Source of the DNA: a virus
DNA length: 64,000 bases
Virus record (IMG/VR): IMGVR_UViG_3300023235_001181
Direction: 5' to 3' (one strand)
The notes below the pieces were generated by a model. The model did not search any database. It was not told the DNA's origin and saw nothing but the letters and a program-made list of their open reading frames with translations. This document shows, piece by piece, positions 18,738 to 28,007 of this stretch. The stretch's first letter is position 1. The number at the start of each line of letters is the position of its first letter. The position numbers were made by a program, and so were the translations under genes.

Positions 18738-19370
18738 CTACCGTGCCAGCCGCAACCACAGGCCTCGAAGCGAGCTTCGCGCCTTTGCAAACAACCTTCC
18801 GAAGAGTCCGGACCATGTGTCCTCCATGAGATAGTCGTATACCTCAACCATGCGATCGACATCAGTAAGTGCGTCGTGCGCTCCATCATTGGAAACGCCG
18901 TAGTAGGCGCACACATTCCTCAAGGACACCGACTTCATGCCGTTGGTGGAGTCGAAATACGGTACCCAGGCCAGAGTCACAGTGTCAATCTTGTGGTAGT
19001 CCCCGGTCCACTCTACGCCCTCGTGCCGGTCCCACTCCTTCTCGAGCATTCCCCAGTCGAAGGTGATGTTGTGGGCTACGAAGATTGCACCGGCAGTCAT
19101 CTCGCAGTACTCACGCATCGCCGTCTCGTGGCTGACAACGCCGTGCGCTTCCCAAGCCGCGTGCGTGTACCCATTGATCTCCAGCGCCTTGCTGTCGGCC
19201 TTGTCCGGCCACCGAGGGTGCATGAACCACTCCTTGCGGTGGAGCTGTTCACCGGAGGGTGAGCGGACTACTACGCCGATGCTGATGATCTCATGCTCGA
19301 CCGGATCGAGGCCCGTGGTTTCAGTGTCTGTGAATGCAAGGTTGCGGTCCCGTGCAGCGATGTACGCCAT
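18738..19370 (-). CDS. DnaQ-like 3'-5' exonuclease (DEDDh)
   Basis: 210 aa; Exo I FTDTETTGLDP, Exo II HNITFDW, Exo III HDALTD. Confidence 0.75.
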   Translation of the reverse strand: MAYIAARDRNLAFTDTETTGLDPVEHEIISIGVVVRSPSGEQLHRKEWFMHPRWPDKADSKALEINGYTHAAWEAHGVVSHETAMREYCEMTAGAIFVAHNITFDWGMLEKEWDRHEGVEWTGDYHKIDTVTLAWVPYFDSTNGMKSVSLRNVCAYYGVSNDGAHDALTDVDRMVEVYDYLMEDTWSGLFGRLFAKARSSLRGLWLRLAR

Positions 19371-19431
19371 GTGTGTGTCCTCTTTGTTGTTTGAAAGAGG
19401 AACATGGAGTTTCAGCCGACCGCAGCGATTC

Positions 19432-19872
19432 TTAGATCTCCGCTGCGCGTGGGTGGTTGCACACGAGCCTGTTCCCTGTCAGCTCAGATCGGAAGGGGCA
19501 GGAAGCACAGGTCAAGTCGACGAGTACAAACAAGGGTCGCCCGCTCTCTTCAGCGGTCTTGGGGCAGCGCACGCAGTGGAGGAGGGTCATGTCGGTACCC
19601 TCGCCTACCTCAAGCTGGCTCAGCTCGTCGAGGATCTGCTGCCTACGTTCGGAGCTCTCAGGGAACAGCACCGAGATGTCCACGTTGAGGCGGTCAGCCA
19701 TACGCTGAGGAGCTGCCCGCCAGTTGCCGGTGGAGGTGATGGGGTCCTGCTCGCCAATCATGTAGCGCTCGACAGTGCCGTGCCCCGGTCGGGAGAACTT
19801 GCGGACGTAGTCCCGTGCGTTGAAAATGCCTTGCTTTTCCATCTCAAGAACCAGCGTGTTCTTATCCATCAT
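19432..19872 (-). CDS. hypothetical Cys-containing protein
   Basis: likely start MMDKNT; CVRCP...CASCP motifs. Confidence 0.4.
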   Translation of the reverse strand: MMDKNTLVLEMEKQGIFNARDYVRKFSRPGHGTVERYMIGEQDPITSTGNWRAAPQRMADRLNVDISVLFPESSERRQQILDELSQLEVGEGTDMTLLHCVRCPKTAEESGRPLFVLVDLTCASCPFRSELTGNRLVCNHPRAAEI

Positions 19873-20098
19873 GCAGCCGCCTTTTCGTTGGTGCCAAAGC
19901 ACCGGGGTTTCCTCCTAAAACGCTGTCCGGCCCAGGTTCAGGTCCCAGAAATGGAGGAAAAGGCAGCGGGTGGAAAGTCAGACCCACAGCGACGAAACCT
20001 CACCGGAAAACCCATGAGGTTTGTACATCACATGCCGAAGCACACGCTTTCCGGCACCTATACAGATGTATGAATATGGAACGGCCTGCGAGCGGATG

Positions 20099-20127
20099 TG
20101 ACCTCTGATTAGTCATTCCAGAGGTCA
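20099..20127. promoter_or_regulatory. perfect 9-bp inverted repeat TGACCTCTG-N11-CAGAGGTCA (candidate operator)
   Basis: lies in 350-bp non-coding gap; half-sites contain the CTCTGA core on both strands. Confidence 0.45.
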
Positions 20128-20180
20128 TGTGCCGCGCCGATTGTAGCCGGTTCGTCGGGGAAGGACGGACCACGAACGCA

Positions 20181-20244
20181 GAAGCCGCTCCGTCCACCAG
20201 TGCAGGTGGGTTTCGGAGCGGCTTCTTGGGTATTTTGGGTTTTC
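20181..20244 (+). terminator. intrinsic terminator-like hairpin
   Basis: 12-bp perfect stem GAAGCCGCTCCG/CGGAGCGGCTTC with 21-nt loop, followed by TTGGGTATTTTGGGTTTT. Confidence 0.55.
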
Positions 20245-20249
20245 CCGGT

Positions 20250-20438
20250 CTACATCTGGATGGTGTAGTCAACTTCGGTGACGGCAGGCTTCTTGATGCG
20301 CTGCGTCTCTTCGTAGTCGTGGCGGCGGTCTTCCTGATCGATCCACCACTGAGGGGCGAGTGGGATCTGAATCTGAACAGGCGCTCTGCGGCTCTGCTCT
20401 TGCTTACGGCGCTGCTCGATGATGTAGGCGTCCAACAT
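20250..20438 (-). CDS. small hypothetical protein
   Basis: 62-aa ORF, R/Q/E-rich. Confidence 0.3.
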   Translation of the reverse strand: MLDAYIIEQRRKQEQSRRAPVQIQIPLAPQWWIDQEDRRHDYEETQRIKKPAVTEVDYTIQM

Positions 20439-20541
20439 GCTGTGCTCCCGTTCTAATGGGTCAACGTAGCCACGCGCTTCTATCTCAGATGGTATGTGTA
20501 GATGCCTGCCCTCCCTTTCAGTATAGGGAGGTGATCTGTTG

Positions 20542-20868
20542 CTACGCCAGGATGAGAGCTGCTTTCTCTACCAGGCCCATCACCGGCAGAATCTCTTCTG
20601 GTACGACAATCACGTGGGAGAAGGGGTCGACGTCCACATAGGCGTGCTTCACCTTGCGCACCTGAATGTTCATGGCCTCACCGACAGGCACCTTGAAGTA
20701 GATCTTGTCGAAGTTGTTCTGGCAGATGACACGCACGGTGAGCGCGTGGTCTTTCACTTCGACCACGCGCCCGAACCGTTGGCGTCCGTACTTCTTGCCT
20801 GATCCCGCCTTGGAGTAGAAGAGGATCCAAGCCCCAACACTCAAGGTGATGTCGTTGAAGCTCTTCAT
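20542..20868 (-). CDS. hypothetical protein
   Basis: 108-aa ORF; stop overlaps start of phosphatase gene. Confidence 0.45.
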   Translation of the reverse strand: MKSFNDITLSVGAWILFYSKAGSGKKYGRQRFGRVVEVKDHALTVRVICQNNFDKIYFKVPVGEAMNIQVRKVKHAYVDVDPFSHVIVVPEEILPVMGLVEKAALILA

Positions 20869-21641
20869 CGGTTCTCTTCCGTTCGCAGGGTGTACTTGGA
20901 GTTGTAGGTGTCCTCAGCCTTCACCGTGATGCAGTCCACCTCCGCGCCCGTCTCATCAACGATCACGGCGCAGAGCCACCCACCAAATGCACACGCCAGG
21001 TCGATGCCCGTTGCGTACACGTCGCGGATAGGCTCAGGCTGCTTGTACGGCTGGTGGCCGTAGTACACATGTCCGAGGTAGCCGTCGTAGTTGATGGCCC
21101 AGAACTCCAGGCCCGGCTTCATGCTGAACGTGCTGCCCACCATCTTGCCCGTTTCCGAGTCGATGTAGCGCACAAACCAGAGCTGGTTGTACTTGCCCTG
21201 ACGCTTGCGGGAGTAGCCGTCGATGTCCCCTTGCGGAGGCAGGAAGGTCACGTCACGCGGCAGTCCGGCATGAACAACGAGCACGTTGCCCGGCAGCTTG
21301 ATGTAGTGCGGGAAGGCAGCCATCCAGTCCTGGTCCTCTGTGGAGAGGGCAGCGGAGATGGTCGTGATCTCTTGGGAGTTGTGCTCGGGTGCCGGGCGTC
21401 CGTGCGCCACTTCCTGACGTCCTCGCCGAACGTGCCGAACATGCTTGTGGTCGTGGTTGCCCATGACGCACTCAGCTCCAAGGGAGCGGGCCAGCTTCAC
21501 AACAGCGGGGCTGTCGGGGCCACGGTCTACGAGGTCACCTGCGAACACGATCCGGCAGCCCTTGGGCAGCAGAGTGAGCAGAGTCTCGAGTTCGGCGATA
21601 CATCCGTGGACGTCGCCAATGATTGCAGTGAGTTGTCCCAT
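20865..21641 (-). CDS. Ser/Thr protein phosphatase / ApaH-like metallophosphoesterase
   Basis: 258 aa; GDVHGC, GDLVDRGP, GNHD calcineurin-like motifs. Confidence 0.75.
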   Translation of the reverse strand: MGQLTAIIGDVHGCIAELETLLTLLPKGCRIVFAGDLVDRGPDSPAVVKLARSLGAECVMGNHDHKHVRHVRRGRQEVAHGRPAPEHNSQEITTISAALSTEDQDWMAAFPHYIKLPGNVLVVHAGLPRDVTFLPPQGDIDGYSRKRQGKYNQLWFVRYIDSETGKMVGSTFSMKPGLEFWAINYDGYLGHVYYGHQPYKQPEPIRDVYATGIDLACAFGGWLCAVIVDETGAEVDCITVKAEDTYNSKYTLRTEENR

Positions 21642-21649
21642 GTGTCTCT

Positions 21650-21679
21650 AACGCTCCGAGCTGGTCGGAAGTTAGAGAG
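21650..21679 (-). promoter_or_regulatory. bipartite promoter-like motif variant (CTCTAACT-N16-CGTTAG) just upstream of phosphatase ATG
   Basis: minus-sense CTCTCTAACTtccgaccagctcggagCGTTagagacacATG. Confidence 0.4.
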
Positions 21680-21682
21680 GTT

Positions 21683-21985
21683 CTACAACTCTTCTTCCGT
21701 CGGCTCTCTAAAGAAATCGTCGTGGTACCCGTACAGCACACGACCGTCCTTGAGGGCAATGATGTAGTGCCCCTTCATATTCTTGATCTCCCCCAGCACA
21801 AGAACCGTGTCCCCCGCCTTGAAGGGGTACTTGTCCTCGTACCCCTTGGGGAGGGTGTCCACGATCATGAGCACCCGTTCAAGGGGCGGCGAGGTGCCTA
21901 CGTGGCTCATCAGGTCCCTACAACCACAACAGCGTCGACGGAGGTGTCGATGTCGACATGCTTGTCGGTGGATGTTACGCGCCAT
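21683..21985 (-). CDS. hypothetical protein
   Basis: 100-aa ORF. Confidence 0.4.
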   Translation of the reverse strand: MARNIHRQACRHRHLRRRCCGCRDLMSHVGTSPPLERVLMIVDTLPKGYEDKYPFKAGDTVLVLGEIKNMKGHYIIALKDGRVLYGYHDDFFREPTEEEL

Positions 21986-22653
21986 CCATCCGTGGTCTCA
22001 GTGAGTCGGAGGGTCGCCCATCCAGTTCCAACCAGGATGCCGTCACCGTCTGCTACCACGCGGCTCGCGGTGCTGAACATGTGTCGTACAGCGCTCTGAG
22101 TGCATCCGAACTGACGCTTGACGCCCTTGCTTGCAGCGAACAGCTCGTACTGGCTTTGAACGGCAACAGCACGCGCCCAGGTCGCCGCAGGATCAAGCGG
22201 TGGGGCCTCGGGTGCCTCAGCGTGGCGGTAACGAGTTACGGTGGCCGGAGGGGCGTACTTCAGGTACTGGTTGAAGGCCCACTGCTCCATGTTGGTGGTC
22301 GGAGGCCAGTGCTTCCAAGCGAAGTCCTCTTGCTCCCCACCGAACCGGAGGTAGGTGATCACAACTGCAACCATCTCGCCTGTCTCGTTGTGTGGCGAGT
22401 GAACGCACACAAACTCACCACGTCGGTCACGGGCAAGGCGGAAGTAGCTGGTACCTTGGTCCTGTCGTGTGGTCCAGAACCTGCCACACATGGCGCGGCC
22501 AATGTCCTCCCCAACGGGAACGGCGTCGATGAATGCCATGCGGCACCCACGATAGCCTGCGTTGGGCTGATGGATTCGGAACTGGTCTCGTGCGTGAGCC
22601 GTGATGATCACCGACATCTCGTGCTCTTCTACGCTTCTTCCATCGTTGGACAT
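21910..22653 (-). CDS. hypothetical protein
   Basis: ORF to 22713; likely start MSNDGRS. Confidence 0.45.
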   Translation of the reverse strand: MSNDGRSVEEHEMSVIITAHARDQFRIHQPNAGYRGCRMAFIDAVPVGEDIGRAMCGRFWTTRQDQGTSYFRLARDRRGEFVCVHSPHNETGEMVAVVITYLRFGGEQEDFAWKHWPPTTNMEQWAFNQYLKYAPPATVTRYRHAEAPEAPPLDPAATWARAVAVQSQYELFAASKGVKRQFGCTQSAVRHMFSTASRVVADGDGILVGTGWATLRLTETTDGWRVTSTDKHVDIDTSVDAVVVVGT

Positions 22654-22688
22654 TGACTTAGCCTCCCGTACCTCGAATTGTACCAGCC

Positions 22689-23900
22689 CTATGCGGCTGG
22701 AGCGACTGCCCATCCGATTTGCGGGGTCAGGTAGCGTCCCACAAACTCACTTCCCAGTACACCGGAGATCAGCTTCATGTTGCGTTCTGGAATTCCGGAA
22801 GGTCCGTCGGCATCGATGATGAACTCAACCTGGCTCACGTTGGCCGGGTAGCTGTTGGCGACGTAGCGGAGATCTACTCCCTCTTGGACGTCGGGTACCG
22901 CGCGGTCGTACTGCTCGGCGTAGGCTTGAACCGCAGCCTCGTCGAAGGTCTGACGCATCTCGGAGGGGTACTGGGCCACGCCGGGGATCTGCCAGGGCTC
23001 GTCGGGGTTGTCGTAGCTGTAGTTGGGGTTCCGAACCATGGCGGTGCCGGGGCGCGGGGAGTGAGCGAAGAAGGCGTTGATCCATCCGGAGATGTACGGG
23101 CCACCCGATCCTCCGTGCTCCTTGAAGAAGGAGCGCCAGAAGGTCAGATCCTCTTCGCCGTTGGCCGCAGCCTTGAGCTTGGCAGTCACACCACCGAGGG
23201 TCTCTACCCACCGCGCGAGGCCGGGGAACTTGGTCCCGATGGTCTTGACGCCGTCGTGGATCTTGTCCCAATCCTCGGGAGTTCCGCCAAGGTTGAAGGC
23301 CGGGATGCCGCACATGGTCCCGCCACGGTACTCGAAGTAGTCGCTGGCGACGTCCATGAAGGTGATGAGCAGAGCGGTCCGGCTCTCGTCGGTGTCGGTG
23401 CTGAAGGAGGGGAGCAGGTCATCGCTGAACCCGCCCGGCACCTTCTCACGGAGGAGGTCACGGAACACGGGGATGGTCGCGGCCCAATCGGGCGTCAGGG
23501 TGCCGAAACTGTCGTCGAGCACCTTCAGAACCTGCTTCTCGCCGGGCTTGGTGGTGAAGAGGTGTGCGCAGGCCTCCGTGTTGAGGTGGACGTGGATTGC
23601 CACCTCGTGAAGGATCATGTACCACACAACCTCGGGGTCGATGCCGAAGGGGATGTGTTGGTCGAAGGCGTGATGCGCGGCCTGCACGAACACGGAGGTC
23701 TTGGGGGCACCACGGTAGTGCTCACGGGCCTCGATGAAGGTCTGGTTCGGGCGGCTCACAAACACGGGCGTCAGGCCGGTGATGCCGTTGATGAAGTCTG
23801 CCGTCGACTCGGTCGCGGGCTTCCAGCTCTTCTCGTCTTCCCACAGAAGGGTCAGACGGGAGTCGGACTCAACGGATGGATCGGTGATCACTACGGACAT
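22689..23900 (-). CDS. hypothetical protein (403 aa, conserved-looking globular)
   Basis: long ORF, no recognisable motif. Confidence 0.5.
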   Translation of the reverse strand: MSVVITDPSVESDSRLTLLWEDEKSWKPATESTADFINGITGLTPVFVSRPNQTFIEAREHYRGAPKTSVFVQAAHHAFDQHIPFGIDPEVVWYMILHEVAIHVHLNTEACAHLFTTKPGEKQVLKVLDDSFGTLTPDWAATIPVFRDLLREKVPGGFSDDLLPSFSTDTDESRTALLITFMDVASDYFEYRGGTMCGIPAFNLGGTPEDWDKIHDGVKTIGTKFPGLARWVETLGGVTAKLKAAANGEEDLTFWRSFFKEHGGSGGPYISGWINAFFAHSPRPGTAMVRNPNYSYDNPDEPWQIPGVAQYPSEMRQTFDEAAVQAYAEQYDRAVPDVQEGVDLRYVANSYPANVSQVEFIIDADGPSGIPERNMKLISGVLGSEFVGRYLTPQIGWAVAPAA

Positions 23901-23975
23901 TAGCGCGCCTCGGTAAGTTGGGGTCTACATCCCTCCAACCACTATGAGCCCTAAGTCGTGCGGTTCGGAACCGAA

Positions 23976-24473
23976 TCAACCGTAGTCGAGCCAGTAGAGC
24001 TCAAGGGAGTCATCAGGGCAGAAGATCACCCGCGCCGCTTCCATCTGAGCCACGTTCGAGCACCAGTGGTCGAAGTGGTAGTGGTACTGACACCGGAAGG
24101 TGTGGCGTGGCTGGTCGGGCTTGCACCACTCGTTCCAGATGCGCGCTGCGTCCTCTACGGTCCCGTCTCCGTAGGCCACCTGACGGCTACGGTCACATCC
24201 ACCATTGGTGAGGAGTCCTTTGGAATGGCCGTAGGGACAGACGTTGACGTACATCTTGCCGTCCACGATCTCGATGCCGATCCAGTAGGTGTGGGTCTCC
24301 CAATCCCACCACGCCATGAGGCAGCGCGGCCCACTGCCGGGGTCCTGGTCAGGCTTGTCCCACCGCTCCTGTAGATCCGCTCCCGTCATCAACGGGCGAG
24401 GCTTGATCTGTACCTTGTCGAACATCCACTGCGGGGGTGCTCTGTAGGTCTCAGGCTCGGAGGTTTCTGCCAT
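23976..24473 (-). CDS. hypothetical Cys/Trp-rich protein
   Basis: ORF to 24548; likely internal start MAETSEP. Confidence 0.4.
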   Translation of the reverse strand: MAETSEPETYRAPPQWMFDKVQIKPRPLMTGADLQERWDKPDQDPGSGPRCLMAWWDWETHTYWIGIEIVDGKMYVNVCPYGHSKGLLTNGGCDRSRQVAYGDGTVEDAARIWNEWCKPDQPRHTFRCQYHYHFDHWCSNVAQMEAARVIFCPDDSLELYWLDYG

Positions 24474-24869
24474 CAGGACACAAGTTCCCGTACTCGCTGG
24501 TTGTACTGAGCGAAGGGGCCACGGGCCAACACGTCCCAGCCAACCCAATCCACCTTCCCCTCGGAGGGGTCGGTGGGAATCCAGGTGGCACGCTTCAGGT
24601 CCAGGTACTCCACCCGGAAGGTGACGCAGTCGTAGTCCTGATCTCCCTCACACACCGCGCGGTACACCTCGGTCAGCTCGGTGTCGATGGGGAGTTGGTA
24701 GCCGGTCTCCTCAGCGGCTTCACGGAGTGCTGCCTGCTCGGGGGTCTCTCCGGGGTCCACCTTCCCACCAGGCAGTCCGAAGGCGGTGTGGTCGTTGCGT
24801 CGGCTACAGGCCAGCACCTCACCCTCGGGGTTGACAACGATGATGCAAACGGCAATCGGTAGGCTCATG
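24473..24869 (-). CDS. Nudix hydrolase
   Basis: Nudix box [26 protein letters not shown]; start MSLPIAV (ORF to 24964). Confidence 0.7.
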
Positions 24870-25206
24870 GGGCGTCCTTCTTCTTCGGTGGGATCAAGCC
24901 CACCAGGTCCCAGTACACTGAATGTGTTCGGTTGTGGTTGATTTCCAGCCACACGCGGAAGCACTCAGTGTCCAGAGCGAATCGCCCTCCTCTGAGTACT
25001 TTCCCGTCGCGGGTGATCTCCATGGTACGTCCACCCTTGAGCTTCCTACCCCGGCTCGCTGCCACACGACGCACGAACATGATGTCGCGCTCGGCCTTGA
25101 GTACCGTCTCGGTTCCCTTGGGTCCGTGGATGTAGAGGCAGTAGGAGTAGTTCTTGGGCACGCTCACCCCATAGGCTGTGGGTTGATGGTCGGAGGGCGG
25201 TCCCAC
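24865..25206 (-). CDS. hypothetical basic protein
   Basis: 113-aa ORF. Confidence 0.4.
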   Translation of the reverse strand: MGPPSDHQPTAYGVSVPKNYSYCLYIHGPKGTETVLKAERDIMFVRRVAASRGRKLKGGRTMEITRDGKVLRGGRFALDTECFRVWLEINHNRTHSVYWDLVGLIPPKKKDAP

Positions 25207-25535
25207 TCGTCAGGCACGGTGCCCAACTGTTCCGTCCAATCAACGCCTCGAGCTATGCAGACGTCAGAGTAGTTCTTGAGGTAGTAGGGAGCCATCAGGG
25301 GGCTGATCCACGGAAGGTTGTCGGCCACGTCTTTCGCGTCCTTCATGCCCATCCCCAGGTCCCGCATGGTCCGGATGACTTCCATCCGGTCACCGCCTGT
25401 GATGGTGACCGTTCCACGGTCGTCAGGGACCATCTTCTGAACCCAGCCACGCTGGAGCACCTCGTTGCAGAGGTCGGTCATCTCCTCGAAATCGAGGGTG
25501 GCAAGGTAGTCTGCTACTTCTTCACGGGTCGGCAT
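25164..25535 (-). CDS. ribosomal protein L7/L12 C-terminal-domain-like protein (paralog 2)
   Basis: MPTREEVADYL...RMEVIRTMRDLGMGMKDAKDVADNLP resembles bL12 CTD ([24 protein letters not shown]); paralog of upstream gene. Confidence 0.5.
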   Translation of the reverse strand: MPTREEVADYLATLDFEEMTDLCNEVLQRGWVQKMVPDDRGTVTITGGDRMEVIRTMRDLGMGMKDAKDVADNLPWISPLMAPYYLKNYSDVCIARGVDWTEQLGTVPDEWDRPPTINPQPMG

Positions 25536-25538
25536 GGT

Positions 25539-25976
25539 TCAGCCCTCGTCGAATAGAAGAGTGGTTCGGTTCAGCGGTCCGGGCTCAACGTACTCAGCCT
25601 CGGCCTCGGGGATTTGTCCCTGTTCACCACCCGGCGTCAGGTCGTAGCGCGCACCGATCCTGTCGAGGATCCCAACAATCTCCGGCTCACGGTCTACGCC
25701 GTCTCGGTCCGTAGGGATCGGGAAAGTCCAGGGGTTGCGGGCAAGGTCCTCGGAGCGTACCTTGGATTCCTTGAGGCCCTCTCCAGTCACGGATCGGATC
25801 AGCTTGATGAGCTGGATCTTGTTGTCACCGAAGGTGTGTACCGTGAGGGTGGTCGGACCGAACTTCTTCACCTTGATCTGCTGCCACCCCGCGCGGATAG
25901 CCTCGTTGCAGATGTCCTCGATGTCGAGGATCTCACACTGAGCGAGGTAGCTGACCACTTCTTCACGGGTTGTCAT
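25539..25976 (-). CDS. ribosomal protein L7/L12 C-terminal-domain-like protein (paralog 1)
   Basis: MTTREEVVSYL...NKIQLIKLIRSVTGEGLKESKVRSEDLARNP matches bL12 CTD helix-turn pattern. Confidence 0.55.
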   Translation of the reverse strand: MTTREEVVSYLAQCEILDIEDICNEAIRAGWQQIKVKKFGPTTLTVHTFGDNKIQLIKLIRSVTGEGLKESKVRSEDLARNPWTFPIPTDRDGVDREPEIVGILDRIGARYDLTPGGEQGQIPEAEAEYVEPGPLNRTTLLFDEG

Positions 25977-26225
25977 CTACATAGTCCAGAGGAAGAAGGA
26001 GCCGGACGCCAGGATGGTGAACACCAGACGCCAGCCCCAACCCAACGTGACGAGGGCCTGCGTGCGCTGGTAGAAGGTCACGTTGCGGAAGGATGCGGGC
26101 TGGTTGGAGTGCAGCCATGCGTAGGCGAAGAAGCTGAACAGGTAGGAGGCGAGGATCACCGCGAAGATTTGAGCATCCGAGGCTCCAGCAGTGATTTGGG
26201 TGGCGGTGTCTAAGTCCATGTCCAT
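25977..26225 (-). CDS. small membrane protein
   Basis: likely start MDMDLD (ORF extends to 26372 through implausible R/G-rich N-term); 2 TM. Confidence 0.4.
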   Translation of the reverse strand: MDMDLDTATQITAGASDAQIFAVILASYLFSFFAYAWLHSNQPASFRNVTFYQRTQALVTLGWGWRLVFTILASGSFFLWTM

Positions 26226-26227
26226 GT

Positions 26228-26473
26228 CTACCTCATCAGAGCTGATGCGCTCATTCGGGTGCGGATGCGGCCCCAACGGGCCTTCTGGAATTTGTAGGAG
26301 GCAGCGATGTAGTCGGTACAGAGCTCGCGCACCACGTCGTATCCGAGGTCGAACGCCGCTGCCCCCTGCCATGCCTCGTCGGCCTTGCGCATTGCTGCGT
26401 GGAGATCGAGGAGGGTCTGGTCGCCACCGAAGTAGGCGAGGTCTCGAGGTGCGATGGCGGTGTACTTATACAA
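26228..26473 (-). CDS. hypothetical protein
   Basis: 81 aa; TTG start preceded by GTAGCACGGAGCACGAA and promoter-like motif. Confidence 0.4.
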   Translation of the reverse strand: MYKYTAIAPRDLAYFGGDQTLLDLHAAMRKADEAWQGAAAFDLGYDVVRELCTDYIAASYKFQKARWGRIRTRMSASALMR

Positions 26474-26495
26474 TTCGTGCTCCGTGCTACTCCTT

Positions 26496-26526
26496 CAACG
26501 CCTTTCGTAGCGTGAAAGTCAGAGCC
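26496..26526 (-). promoter_or_regulatory. bipartite promoter-like motif (GGCTCTGACT-N16-GCGTTG); TGA of upstream gene lies inside CTCTGA
   Basis: minus-sense cgaaaGGCTCTGACTttcacgctacgaaaggCGTTGaaggaGTAGCACGGAGcacgaaTTG. Confidence 0.5.
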
Positions 26527-27025
26527 TTTCGGAATAGATTGCGACACTGGCTCGAACAGCGTCTTCTTCGTCCGCCCGTCGGAGGGTGAGCAGTAGGCGG
26601 ACGTGACCATCTACATGCCCTTTGAATCCACTTGCCTGATCGGCTTCTTTCCGGGCACTGATGAGCGCGTTAGCCATCCCACGGGAGGTCTCGCCACGCA
26701 AGGAGCGTATAGAGATCATGAGGACTGAGTGGGCTCCACGCACCCGTTCGAACTTACCGATACTGAATCCCTTCAGGTTACTTGAGTCCCACCCGTCGAT
26801 GAGTAGCTCCCTTCGGTCCACGGATATCAGGGAGATAGCCCATGAGGTGTGAGTGTACGCTTCGAGCTTCGCCCACACCTCAACCTGACGCAGCAACCCG
26901 CTGAGCTTCAGGGCAGTCAAGGGCGGCGTGAACACAAGGTCTGGGAACTCTGGAGGCGGGACGGGCTCGCCGTCTTCCCCCATCAGCTCTTCGAGCCTCG
27001 CATGTTGCTCTGATTCTTCAGGCAT
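26519..27025 (-). CDS. hypothetical protein (paralog of 27033-27512)
   Basis: MPEESEQHARLEELMG.. vs MEETEQHSRLDELMG.. shared N-termini. Confidence 0.5.
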   Translation of the reverse strand: MPEESEQHARLEELMGEDGEPVPPPEFPDLVFTPPLTALKLSGLLRQVEVWAKLEAYTHTSWAISLISVDRRELLIDGWDSSNLKGFSIGKFERVRGAHSVLMISIRSLRGETSRGMANALISARKEADQASGFKGHVDGHVRLLLTLRRADEEDAVRASVAIYSERL

Positions 27026-27032
27026 GTGGTCC

Positions 27033-27512
27033 TCAATAGAGTGGCTTGGATCCGAAGCCCACGAAAGCGGGGCGCACTTCTTCCTCGTCCCTTGCCACGT
27101 AGAGCAGGAGTCGGGGGTGTGGATACTTCTCAAGGTCTGGGGGCTTGTCTCTCTTGGACTTAGCCGTCAGGGCTCGCACGGCGGCTTTCGCCTTGGGGTC
27201 CTTGTAGAGGCTGGTGCGAACGGCAAGATAGAACCGGTTGGCTGCCGATGACCATGCCAGCTCACCAAGGCCGGGGAGGGTCAGTAGGCGTTCCTCATCC
27301 CATCCCGCCACTACCAACTCACGGCGAATCGCGTTGGGCATTCCCACCTTGAAGTTCAAGCTACGTCCAGTCCAGAGCTCCACCTCGTAAAGGATCGCAA
27401 GGAGCTGCTCGATGGTCATGGGAGACGTGTAGCGAAGATCGGGGAACGGATGGGGATCCGGGGTGTCGCCCATCAACTCGTCGAGTCGACTATGCTGTTC
27501 GGTCTCTTCCAT
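27033..27512 (-). CDS. hypothetical protein (paralog of 26519-27025)
   Basis: 159 aa. Confidence 0.5.
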   Translation of the reverse strand: MEETEQHSRLDELMGDTPDPHPFPDLRYTSPMTIEQLLAILYEVELWTGRSLNFKVGMPNAIRRELVVAGWDEERLLTLPGLGELAWSSAANRFYLAVRTSLYKDPKAKAAVRALTAKSKRDKPPDLEKYPHPRLLLYVARDEEEVRPAFVGFGSKPLY

Positions 27513-27542
27513 GTGAGCTCAACGTGCCTACTTGCACGGAAC

Positions 27543-27968
27543 TCAGGCAGCCATTTCATCTCTTGCTTCGGCGTAGTGGAGCGGGCACTCAACCACGCCA
27601 TACACGGGGTCGCACCGGACGTAGCCCATGTCGGAGGTCGGGTTGATGGTCAGCGACACGCCGAACAGGGTGCTTGCCGCCGCGTCCGTGAACTCTACGA
27701 ACCGGTTCTCGTCAGAGTTGACGAGATCGCGATACATGCGGGAGCTGAGCTCCACGGAGTCCACACGGAGGTCCCACCGCTCAATCTGAGCGAATGCGGT
27801 AGCCATCACCTCAACGGTCAGAACATCAAAGACCATCGGGTCAGGACGGCGCTCCAACTCCCGAATCAGGGCGCGGCGGGTGTCGCTCATTGGAGGCTGG
27901 TTCAGGTATACGGCAGGGGAAGGGACCGTCTGCCGTACTTGAACATCTATGCTGACTACAGAGTACAT
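27543..27968 (-). CDS. hypothetical protein
   Basis: 141-aa ORF. Confidence 0.45.
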   Translation of the reverse strand: MYSVVSIDVQVRQTVPSPAVYLNQPPMSDTRRALIRELERRPDPMVFDVLTVEVMATAFAQIERWDLRVDSVELSSRMYRDLVNSDENRFVEFTDAAASTLFGVSLTINPTSDMGYVRCDPVYGVVECPLHYAEARDEMAA

Positions 27969-28007
27969 GAGCCCTCGAACAGCCCATGCACCCCGCAGCC
28001 CGCAAAT

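Noticed and set aside
20099-20127. Palindrome as a rho-independent terminator
   Set aside because: There is no U-tract on either strand after the stem. The symmetric half-sites fit an operator for a dimeric DNA-binding protein better.
19903-20250. Possible tRNA gene in the long non-coding gap
   Set aside because: No cloverleaf could be drawn: no GTTCGAATC-like T-loop with a matching 7-bp acceptor stem. The hairpin is better explained as a terminator.
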